From assembly GCA_002633005.1 (NCBI GenBank), contig NMRA01000041.1, positions 371,016 to 435,015 of the forward strand: a DNA stretch of 64,000 nucleotides, read 5' to 3'. Of this stretch, positions 12,933 through 24,900 are shown one piece after another. Position 1 is the first letter of the stretch; the number at the start of each line of letters is the position of its first letter. A program made the position numbers and the translations under genes. The notes beneath the pieces were generated by a model. That model did no database searches, was not told where the DNA came from, and worked only from the letters and a program-made list of their open reading frames with translations. Source of the stretch: Phoronis australis (taxonomy: Eukaryota > Animalia > Phoronida).

Positions 12933-15900
12933 GCAGCATTGGTAGGCGTATTTCTCAATATTATTAGGCATCTATATTGTACTGAAATGAAGCGGTTTTA
13001 CATCCTTTTTAAGTGTCTGAATAAATTTACATTGTACGGTTATGAAATATATGACAACAGTAACGCACAGACCTATACGTCGCACACCCCAAAAATAAAA
13101 TTGCATCCAGGTTTTTTTCTTCACTATCTTGTATCCATTCATTACTTTAACTGATTTCTGCCAGTGTACTCAGAATTAAAAGCCGGGTCTCCCAAAGGAA
13201 AATCTGGAGCTCAAACTACTAGCGTACCCTTTCTCCACGAGATAATTTAAAAATAATATGTTGTGCACTTGACATTTACTTATCCGCGTCGTGGTACAAT
13301 TGATTGTCTGCTGTTTACAGGGACGAGACTTAGCAGAACTACAGAAGCATATTTACGGTAACACAGTGGACCGTGTGGTCGTAAAGAGACTGGTGAGGAG
13401 CGTGTTCACACCCTGCAAGTGTAGGAAATTGGCAGAATCATGTGGTAACAAGGTCAGTGGGGCACGTTTATCATGGAGAAAAAATTGGAATACATAAATC
13501 TTAACTTGGCATGTAAATACAGATCGCAAACATCTTTTCCGCTCACTAACTGTTGGACACATCTCATGACCTAATAAATATACATGTAAGTCTGAAAAGA
13601 TTTCTGTCCCAATAGGGACTCTACTGCAGGATCTCCTGCGTAGTTAGAAGGTCCCAGGTTCGAGTACCACTTGGGGCAGAAATCTTTTCACTCTTATATT
13701 AATTAGGTCATGTTATGTGGCCAACAGGTGGCGTGCAGAAACCAGGCTTAAATTGTGTGAACAAATATGATCATGCTGCGCAAAACCAGACCAGTGAATT
13801 TGGATTTTGAAACGGAGGTTTGTCTCGGAGTTGTTGAAGTAATCAGTAATAAGTGGTTTGATTACGAGACTGTCTTCTGGCATTATTTTGTCATCCTACA
13901 AGATAAGTGACAACTAAAATGTTGACCTCAAGCAGTTTGAAGCAAATTGTTTGTATGTACGATGTATGTAATGTATGTAATGTATGTATGTATGTATGGA
14001 GGGGCCGACGGATGGCTGTATGACCTACTTTTTGATTGGTTTTGAACCAAAACCATTTCACTATTTTGTGCCATGCTTGTGCCATATTGCATTACACGCT
14101 ACATTTTCTTTTGTCCTTCATCCATACAAGCCAGCATTGCTGCTGAACCTCATGCTACGAGAGCTCTCTTCAATCCTTCATACCATTTTCTCCTGCTTTG
14201 AGGTGTTTGTGCAGTGATGGGATTTTTTCCTTGGAATGATATCTGTTGGCAACTCAGCTATGTTTCTTTGCCTCACTGTGTTTTTGATAAAAATCTTAAT
14301 CATGTTAAGTGCGTTTCTTTTCAAATTGTAGTCAAGTGAAGAGGTTTCTTCAAGGGTCTGTCCTGGTCATGAGAGGGCGCTGTCCATTGCCAGCTTGGTG
14401 AATTCACTTGATATGAAAGAAGAAGGTTAGTTGTCTTAGGCTCAATATTTCAGATTCCCACAAGTATAATGCTGTTTTGTAAACACTCTGTGAGGGTCGG
14501 CAAGTCAAGAAGGGTTGACTTCAATACTTTATTAAGATACCTGAAACAATACACAGTTATACAATTTTTCTCTGTTTCGGTTCACAAAAATAGAAACAAA
14601 AACTACATAACAAAAACTTCACAATTTAGACAAAAATGAAAATACAACCGTAATGGGAAATGAAATAACCTCCCATCCTCTTTCTAAAGCCAAAGGTACA
14701 CTGCCCACCCAAGTATGTAGAAAACAATTCAGCACACACACCAGTTCACACGCAAATGTAAGTCATATGATTATGCAAATTCCATTCAGCCTACAAACAA
14801 CTATGAATAAACACGTGGATATGAGGCTCTGTGAACAAACTAACGTAAAATATCTTACACCCACCTTCTCTCAAAAAGTAACCTTTGATTTAGACCACTT
14901 ATCTTGCTGAAACTGGTTTCAACTTCTTCCTTAGTCCAGTCAGAAGTTATGTCATTATTGCTTGAAACCAGGCTCATAAAATGTTGACTTAACTTGACTG
15001 GTCATTTTCTGTACAGTGTCTGGTCTGAAGATAGAAGCAAAGTGTTGACTCATAAAACCCGAAAATGAACAAGTTGAGTCCAGTTTTATATGAATGATAA
15101 GTGCTCTAAATCAAAAGCATTTTTGGCTGAAAGAAACACTGTTTATTGGTGCAACCATAGCAAGTAATGTCAGTTCAACTGAACATGTAGACCAGAGGCT
15201 GATTTCAATGGTTGGAATTTAGGAATAAATTCTCTCAAGAGAGTGATTGGGGAAAGGTAACAGCCAATTGAAATAAAAATCTGTGGTATCATTCGTCCTT
15301 GTTTTCTGACATTGTGCTATTGAACAATCATTATAATTAAAGAACTGAGTTTTGGTCTTAAACATGGTTACTACTCATAACGAAAAATGTGAAAGTGACA
15401 AAAGTAGTTTTCATGCATGAAAAATTCATTAAAAGAGGAAATGAAAAGAGGCATAAAATGATAGAAAACTAATCCGACTTGTAAAATTCATTACCTCATT
15501 TTGTGTGTCATGTAGTTAGTCAATGCATTCAAAACTTCTTCTTTGGCAACAATCATTTTAAAGAATTACTATTTGTCTACTTTTTACAGGAAACATTCGT
15601 AAAAAATGAAAATGACACCATTGAAAATTGTGGGTAAACAGGGAAATTGAGAAAATTTAAATATTAAGAATTACGTTGAGCGCAGCCACCGTCTGCAAAT
15701 CTTGGAGTTTGTATGAGACCATTTCAGACCTTTCTTGACCCCAGTATTATGTGGTTGAGGAGTATTATCAAGGATCGCCTGTGTGGCCTCAGATTTCATT
15801 TGGCAATCTGATATTCATAATATCCCAAGTAAATAGATGGGAGTTGGAATCAGAAGGTTTGTTTATGAGAAATGTAAAGATAACACGTATCAATTGTCAC

Positions 15901-18900
15901 TTCGTGCTATACAAAGTGAGGCTGCGATATTGAGCCTGAGGGGGCAACTAGTCGGTGTCAAGCATGTGAGACAATGATTTATCCTGAAAACCACTGTCTG
16001 AGCTACCTGGCAGACATTTGCTGAGTTGAGGAGTTCAGTTAGGCATCTTGTTTGCCGTCTGAGTGTTGTTTGTAAGTGTTGGGACTATCACTACCCCGCT
16101 CATGTGGTTTCATTGTTTTGATGATCTCAGTTAATAGTCAGCAACCTGGACATTTTATCAGGTCGCATTCGGCAAATTGACGTTATGCTAAGCTTCAAGC
16201 CCAGCTTAGCCGAGGAAGTAAGTCACATCCTACTGATGGTGGTGTGAAATTGGAGCTTTGTTTCTACTTTCCATTCAGGTGTGTCCACATTGCTAATTTA
16301 CCTGGAGCTCCATGAGAAGCAGTTCGTGGACAACATGAGACCAGTCTATGGTATGTGCAAGATTAAGTGTTACAGCGGTCCGCGGCAGTTACAGGAAATT
16401 GCCAAAAAGGTTTGTGAACTTTGCCACACATAATACTGAAGAATTATACCTTGTTGCTAAGTGCTCAAAAATCTCTAGGTTAGTGGAAGTTCACTCTACG
16501 GTAGCAAATGTTTTTAAATATTATTATTATTGCAATGCTTCTTCTGTAACATTCATCTCTAAGTAAACACTACATTTCTTGTCATTTTTAATTAATTTGT
16601 TTTTGGCAGTTGAGCTTTGTTATACAAAATAACTGGGGTCATATTTTTCTACTTAAAAGTAATTGTTGAAGTCAGTTCAACTTCATGGTTATTGTGAGTG
16701 TGAATCTGTCATTAAATATCACAATTAATTTTGGGGTCTCTGGTGCAACGTGGTGAAGGCTTTGAAGACTATTTTAAAATTCTTTTTTGTGGGAAGAACA
16801 TTTTTTGTGAGAAGAGAATTCTTTTTGTTGGGAGAGAGAGAGGGAGGGAGGAAGGGAAAGAGAAGTACATGATAGGGTGGCCATCAAGGGAACAGGCCAC
16901 TAATAGATTTACCATATCGCAATCTCTTTTAATTTACAAACAAATGTCCTAGTAATTGTAAGGATTTTAATTCCTAATTCAGTATTTTTGAATAGTTGTG
17001 TGTTTTCTCATTTTCAATAGCAGTTTCGTGTTAGTTTCTGTTTATTGCTCACATTTCACTTTGTGTATCCGTCTGTAATTTATTGTATTGTATTATAATT
17101 GTCTACTCTTTTAGTGTGTAATTATTATCAATCCTTTCTTTTTTGCTGTGTTGGTGCTCAGCTGCTAGTGGCCTGTGTTTACTAGCAACTCAATTGTTTT
17201 CTTTCTCAATGTGAATCACCTTTGGCTTGCAGTGCCCTCCAGTGGCTATCGCCATCGCTTTGGAAAAGAAAAAAGGCTTGTCTCACTGTCAGGTGTCAAG
17301 TCTGGAATTTAATGTGGTAGAGCTGAGTGACATGATGGGCTGGCAGTCTGGTCTTGTCAAACAAAACTTGAAACAGCTCTGCTGGAACGTGACAGAGCAA
17401 GGTAGGTTGAACTAAAGTGCAAAATAATAAAATGAAATGTCTCCAAAGGTCTTGCACCAGAAAAAATTAAACGGCACCGACAAATTACGTGTAGCTAGGC
17501 TGAAAGTTTAAGTGGACATTTTCCTGTTTGCAGTCGAATATGCAATTTGGGGATTATTGATGAATAGGATAGAAAAACAGGGTTTTTTGTAGTTTTATTA
17601 CAGTCAAGTTGCCGTTATCTGACGGTCATTTGCTGCAATCGAGGTTTGTGACTTCCATTTGAATTATTATTACTTAAAATACTGTCTTATTAAAGGCGTG
17701 GGCTGAGTAGAGCATCCTGCTGCTACTGTGGAAATAGTTGATAGATGTTTTATTTCTTTGTTGCATAATTATAAAAAACGTTTATGATTTAAATTTTTGG
17801 ATTTGACTTTAGTCTAGAAGGCAAGGTACCAACTCTTTTTGTCAATTCTGACTATTGCAGCAACCCGTCGTGGTACAATTGTTGTCTCCTTGTACCTTAC
17901 ATGAAACTGATAATAAACACCGCAAGAAACGTATCATTTTCAGTGCATTGTGGGTGAATGTCAACTCTTGTTTCAATTCCTTAGTGTTGTGGTGTGTGAA
18001 AGCACCCAAAATTGCATGAATTCAAAGTTATGTGCCATGTAGCACACTGTAGTGTCTTGTACTTTGTCTTGCTCCACTGCAATTGTTCAGTAGTAAAATT
18101 GGCATCACATTTTAAGTTTAAACATTTTTGTACTTGTTTATGTCAGCACCCCATCGCATTAAAGTTGATACTGATGAGTAATGTTTTTACAACAGGTGTA
18201 TGAAATGTGCACTTAAACAATTAGATATTAATCAACAAGTAATTGAATAGCTTTAAGTTAGTTTTTGAGCAAACTCTGTAGTCTGCTATCACCCTTGCCA
18301 GGTGCCCGTCGCAGCGGTGTGCTGGTGGAGTTCTCCGATTTGTGTTTTCACATGCGTGCACCGGGAGACCTCACTGATGATGAGCTTGACATGGTCACAG
18401 ACTACCTGTACCGCAGGGTAATGTCTCAGGAGTGTTCCCAGTTGAGTCAACTGCATTACCTGTATGAGAAACTGTCAAGGTGAGTTGAAAAAAGACTCCA
18501 GGGAAATACACTTAAAGACAATCTGGATGTCAAATTGCAAAAGTAGTTACCGTATTCACCCGAATAACCACCCATGCCCCTATAAGCGTCCCCCTCTCGT
18601 TTTCAGACTTTGCTAAAATAAGTGCCCAGCCCATGAACGTGTACGTGCGAAAAATACCTTATCTGCAGTCCTAAAATTTTACTGCAACATCTTCAATTTA
18701 TCAATAATATCCGACAGTTCTGAAAAAATCATTGTGCACGGAGTTTGTACACCACGAGCCTTGCCGCGATGTCGGTGTTAAGCCGTGACTATACACTTCA
18801 AACTTCCTCCGTGAACGCAAAAGTTCTGCTGATCTTGCGAGGAATGTGTCCCACTATGGTCTGGCCTTTCAGAGCAGATGCAGCGTACTTGTCAACGGGA

Positions 18901-21900
18901 TTGTATTGTCTGTTTCCTGCCCTCCAAATTTCTTTGTACACGGGAAAACCGCTAATCGAAGATTAATAAAAAAAATTGACCGCTGTTAAAAGCACGTGGC
19001 CTGGAAGCGCACACTACATGTACCTGTCATCAAAGACATATAGCCAGGAGCTATCCATTCATGAAATGGGTAGCATAGAATCGGCAAGAAATGAACATTT
19101 GGCACTAATTTCCAACAGTTTCTAACACCATCAAAATTTTTGCGTTATTTTTAAGAGGGGTTGTTTTATTAATCATAACTGGTGTTTTTAAAGCCAAATA
19201 TCCAATAAAATGACCACTGACAGCGAATGCTTACACACGCTTCAACCAAAAAAACTGTCAGACAGTCAGGTACGCATCCAGAAACACGGTGACTAATGTG
19301 TGGGTCTTACCGAGACAATTGTCGAACGTTTTTCAGCAGATGAGACCAGCAAGTGCTGAATCAAACATGTTCTGCTTTACTGCTGTGCTAATTTCTTTTA
19401 CATACAATGCACATCTAGGTCGTTAGATTGTGTACTCTGGCAAATGAACTCTAGTGACATGCACACGCTCGCTTACTCACATAGTACGCAGACGAACTTC
19501 AAAACAAACATCACGTGACAACATCATGTGTGTTCGTCCAAAGATTTTTCTCGTGTTGCCGGGTAGGCCTGTACAGTCACAGATTACACCATCTAGCACA
19601 GATATGGACTTAACCTGACATTAATGCCGACTCCACGGGAACTTAAAAATCTTAGGGATGCTATTTGAAAAACTTATAAGGAAGATTTCGGGTAATTTGC
19701 TTGAGTTGAAGCTATTTTTGTTCAAGCACTCAAGTTGCCATATTGACGATTGCAAGGCAGTTAGTCGTCGAGGATTTTAGCACAATTTTAATCTGTCAAA
19801 TGATCGTAATTTAACAACAAAGTTTGATAGCAATGCACCACAATTTTGTAGAAAGTCTGTCGTAGGTTACAGATACGTCACAGAGCATAAATATGATGAA
19901 TCTTAGCTTCCGATTTCACCATTTGGGAGACATTATAGGCATTACATGTAACTATGTCAATTCCATGGGAGGATGGGTTGCTTAAATTTATTTCAAATGA
20001 TGGCACAGTTTTATGGTCTGTCATTTTTCATGCTATTTTACGGTGAGATTTAAATTGGGTAGCTTGTCAGTCTGATACTCTAACATGATCGAAACTGCTG
20101 AATCAGATGGTTGATGAAATAACCAACGGGAATGTGCTAGAAGTGTTAATAGGTCCTAAACTGTTTGCAGGATCTTTGCTAAATTCAGCTAGTGTATTTA
20201 TATGATGTTGACAACCAATGACAACAGTTTTCGGACGGATCTGACTACCTGAAAGCCCCGTAGTGGCAGTTTTAGTTTTTATGCACCCACATATTTTTAT
20301 GTGGACGCATTATGCCGTCATCTGCGTCTGTCCGGGCGGCGTCTGCTGCTCTATCTCCAAAACCAATTGACGTATGCTCATGAAATTTTCCACGTGTTCC
20401 TTTCATTAATAGGACGGCATGAGCGAACTTTCGGATGGATCCGACTATTGGTGTGCCCCCTAGTGGCAGTTTTAGTTTTTTACGTTTACCTCTGTATCTT
20501 CAAAGGTCCTCAAGGTATTTTCATGAAATTTGGTATATAGGCATCTATTATTCCGTTGCGTTCATACTTTCTGAACAAAACTCTACTCTCTACTGAACAT
20601 AGATACAGTAACTGACCAAGCGACATAATTAAATGAGCAGCAAACAGGGTCGCGCCGCATGTTACACTTGTTTGCGTGACTTTCCTGTTACCCCAATTCA
20701 TTAGTCATTCTTTGCAGTATTTCACACACGCCGTGTCTCACTGTGTGTGTCGTCAGCTTATACTCTGTGGTGGCATTACTGCGTCATTTTATCTTCACTT
20801 GAGAATGAAACAAGTATGTTTCGAAATATCGTGTGTCTTTTAATTATGTCGCTTGATCAGTTACTGTATCTATGTTCAGTAGAGAGTAGAGTTTTGTTCA
20901 GAAAGTATGAACGCAACGGAATAAAGACCGTGAACAGTGAAAAGTGTCGTGCATTCAACAAATTCTGTATAACAGAAAACTTGCTCCCGAAGTACAGTCA
21001 GGCATCTATTAGTGAAACGACGAAATCCTTCCGTCTTCGGATGGATTCGACGTAGTTTGCGCCACTTAGTGGCCATTTTTACTGTTTTCGAGCCTCTTTT
21101 TTGACGTCCACCCCTCTATCAACCAAACCGCTCTAAACATGATTGTGAAAGTTGGCATGTATGTTGAACTATGAAGAGGACGGTTGACGATGATTTTCCG
21201 ATGACTTCAACTACTGTCGCACCGCCTAGTGGCAGTTTTGTTTTTTTTTGCGCCTATGGCTTTATCTCCTAAACTGTTTTGCCGCAACTTTACGAAATTT
21301 AGAAAGTGCATTTATATGATGTTGACAATGGAGGACGACGACTTTCGGACAGTTCTGACTACTGGTGTGCCACCTAGTGGCAATTTTATTTTTTTTACAT
21401 TTTCCTCTGTATCTTCAAAGGTCCTCAATGTATTTTCATAGAATTTGACGTACAGGCTTCTGTTAGTGAGGTGACGCTATCTTTTCACTTTCAGATGGAT
21501 TCGACCTATTTTGTGCCACCTAGTGGCCATTTTTACTGTTTTCGAGTCTGTTTTTGGCGTCCACCCCTCTATAGACCAAACAGCTTTCAGGATAATTGTG
21601 AAAATTGGCATGTTTGTTTTTACTATGAAGTGGACGGCTGACGATGATTTTCCATTGACTTCGACTACTTTGGCGCTTCCTAGTGGCAGTTTCTTTTTTG
21701 CGCCCATAGCTGTGTCTCCTAAACCCTTTGTAGGATCTTTACTAAATTTAAGAAGTGTGTTTATATGATGTTGACAACGAACGACAATGATTTTGGGATG
21801 GATCTGAGTACTGGTATACCCCCTGGTGGCAATTTAAGTTTACCTCTGTATCTTAAAAGGTCTTCAACAGATTTTCATAAAATTTTGAATACGGGCATCT

Positions 21901-24900
21901 ATAGATGAGAAGATGCTATCCTCTCGTTTTTGTATGGAATCGAGGTAATTTGTGCCACCTAGTGGCCATTTTTGCTGTTTTCGAGTCTGTTTTTTGGCGT
22001 GTACCTCTCTATTAACCAAATCATTCTAAGGATGGTTTTGAAATTTGGCGTATATGTTCTCAGTGTGAAGAGGATGGTTGATTATGACGGTTTTGACTAC
22101 TCTGGCGCCTCTTAGTGGTAGTTTTGTTTTGTTTTGCGCCTATAGCTGTATCTCCTAAACCCACTGGAGGATCTTTACTAAATTTAGTAAGTGTATTGAT
22201 ATGAAGCGAACAACAGACAATGACGACTTTCAGGCGGATCCAATGAACACTGTGCCCCCTAATGGCAATTTCATTTTATTCTGTTTTCCTTTGTTTCTCT
22301 AAAGTTCCTTGGTGGATTTCTATAAAATTTGGAATTTGTTGTATAGCTTTCTATTAAAGAAGCAATGACATGTTCCCATTTTCGGACGGATTGTATGTTC
22401 TTGCACCATCTAGTGTCCATTTGATGACATAAATGAGCAACCCTAAAAGAAGACCATTTGCGATGCATTTGTGGGTGCATTTCAACGCTCCGCATTGCTC
22501 TTGTTTAGGTTTACCTCAGTCTGTATCTTCAAAGGTCCTTAACGGATTTTCAGAAAACTTGGAATACAAACATCTATTGGTGAGATGATGCTATCCTACA
22601 CTTTTCAGATGGATTCGGGGTACTTTGCACCACATAGTGGCCATTTTTCCAGTTTTCGAGTCTTGTTTTTTGGCGTTGACCCCTTGATCAACCAAACCTT
22701 TCTAAGGATGATTTTTGAAAATTGGCGTATATGTTCTGTGTGAAGAGGACGGTTGTCTATAAGGAATTTGACTACTGTAGCACCTCCAAGTGGTAGTTTT
22801 GCGCCCATAGCTGCATCTACTGAACAGACTACAGGATCTTTATTAAATTTAGTAATTATCTTTATATAAAGCCAACTACAGGCAACGACGTCTTTCAGGC
22901 GAGTACCAAGAACACTGTCCCCCACAGTGGCAATTTCATTGTTTTCCGTTTTCATTTGTTTCTCTGGAGTTCTTTGACAGAGAAAGAAGCTATTGAATGT
23001 TCCTGTTTTCAGATGGACTGCACCATCTGGTGGTTATTTTTATGAAACAAGTAAACAACCCTAGAAGCACACCGTTTGCAGTGTATTTGTTGGCGCATTT
23101 CAACGCTCCATGTTGCTCTTGTTACAGTTTATTTTTGAGGCCAAGGGGTGCAGAACCCCTGCTCGCTAACGTTAAATCTGTCACTGGGGCCAAAGGGGAT
23201 GGAACACAGTCTGAAGAATCAGAAGATGCCGTCTTCAGTCCTGCCCCTAGTGGTTACGACAATAACTTTATGCTCAATCCGTGGTATTCTGTTGCATCCG
23301 AAGGACACTCTGCAACACATACTGGTCCACGTTTGAGTTTTTGTCATTGTGAAAATTGAAAACAGTCTATTCTCACTCAAAAAATTGTGTCAGTGATGCA
23401 CACCGTGGCATCATTCAGCTGCACAGTTGAGCACATCTATACTGTACAAGTCTTCCATATTTAACAGTTACCTGGGTCTAGCCAAGTCTAAAGTTAATCC
23501 TGGTTTAAGGTCTTAATACAGGTCCAAGGAATATAGACCTTGTTGGTGAAATGAAAACTGACTTAGACCAGAATTAAACTGGAAGTTTTGGTGGATGACT
23601 AGTCCAAAACTTAAATCAACTTTATGAAATGGGGTTTATCTTTAAACCTGGTCTATGTCAATTTGAACCAGGTTCAACTTTAAAGGAGAATGCCACCCAA
23701 AAAACAACCTACTTTGTATCAATTTAGATCGAGTAGTTCTCGATAACGGCACGTTCGACAGATGGAGGTGTTGAAGTTATCCAATGACATAATTGGTTTC
23801 ACACGCATTCTGTTCAGCAGTTCTCAACACGGGTTAGTGGTGTCGGCTTATCGCTTGAATTCATCGTTTAACACCAATAAATTATCAAACTTCGATGTAA
23901 AACCCTTAATAATTCACCGAGTTCTTATAAAAGCGTAATGTTTTATTTCGCTGTTACGGATTTACTGGTATTTGGACACCCAGTAGGCTACAAAGTTTGG
24001 CAGGCCAATTTACCAAGGGTAACGCCGTAGCAGGAGTTTGGGGTTTGTTCGGAGAAAAATTATTCCATGAAATACAGACAGGAGAACCTAGATCTGTGTT
24101 GTTTATTCTGTCTTGTGATTTTTTTGAGTTCTANAAAATGACTATACAGCGTTGTATTGACCGGGAAGCAACCGGTCTAATACAATTTGTTAACGTCAGG
24201 AGTCAAATTAAAGATCAAATGTAAAGAAAACTTTCACGTTTTTCATCCAAAACTTGTTGCATTGTCCATAATCCAATGTTTACTAATGCCGCTTGCCTTC
24301 AACCTTCGAAGTAGTGGTGTTACACAACCGACGTGAACTCATGTAACCGAGACAGCAAAACTAGGTTAATTTATTTGACCCTGTGCTAAGAGTGGTATGA
24401 AACCTGACAACCTATTACGCAACTGCTACTCTAGACTAACAATAGCAGCCGACCAGCTGGTCGTCTGATGGCCGGTCGGCTAAGGGGTCGGCTGAAGGGT
24501 CGGCTGTGGGGTCGCCTTATGAGTCGGCACTGAGGGCGGCTGCCGGTCGGCTAATTTTTAGCCGACCGGTCGGCTAATTTGCCGACCGGTCGACGGCCGG
24601 TCGTCGACCAATTTCCGACCGGTCGGCCAAAAATTCGTGATGTGTGCTGTAGATCTGTGTTGTTTATTCTGTCTTGTGATTTTTTTGAGTTCTAAACACA
24701 CAAAACGCTTGTTATACCGGCCAGTAGCTCGGAACCCGATCAGGCCTGTCGCGGCCGGACTTACTCGTTATCCCGGCCAGTGGCTAGGAACCTGATCAGG
24801 CCCCTCGCTGCCGCCGGGACTGGCATGAACATGAACCAGCTTGAGTTGGAAACTAAACCTCCAGTCACTATAATAGTGAGCCAAAGAAGTAACGTGCACA

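Noticed and set aside
12852-13154. Poly-Val/poly-Ala ORF
   Set aside because: Translation of an intronic microsatellite
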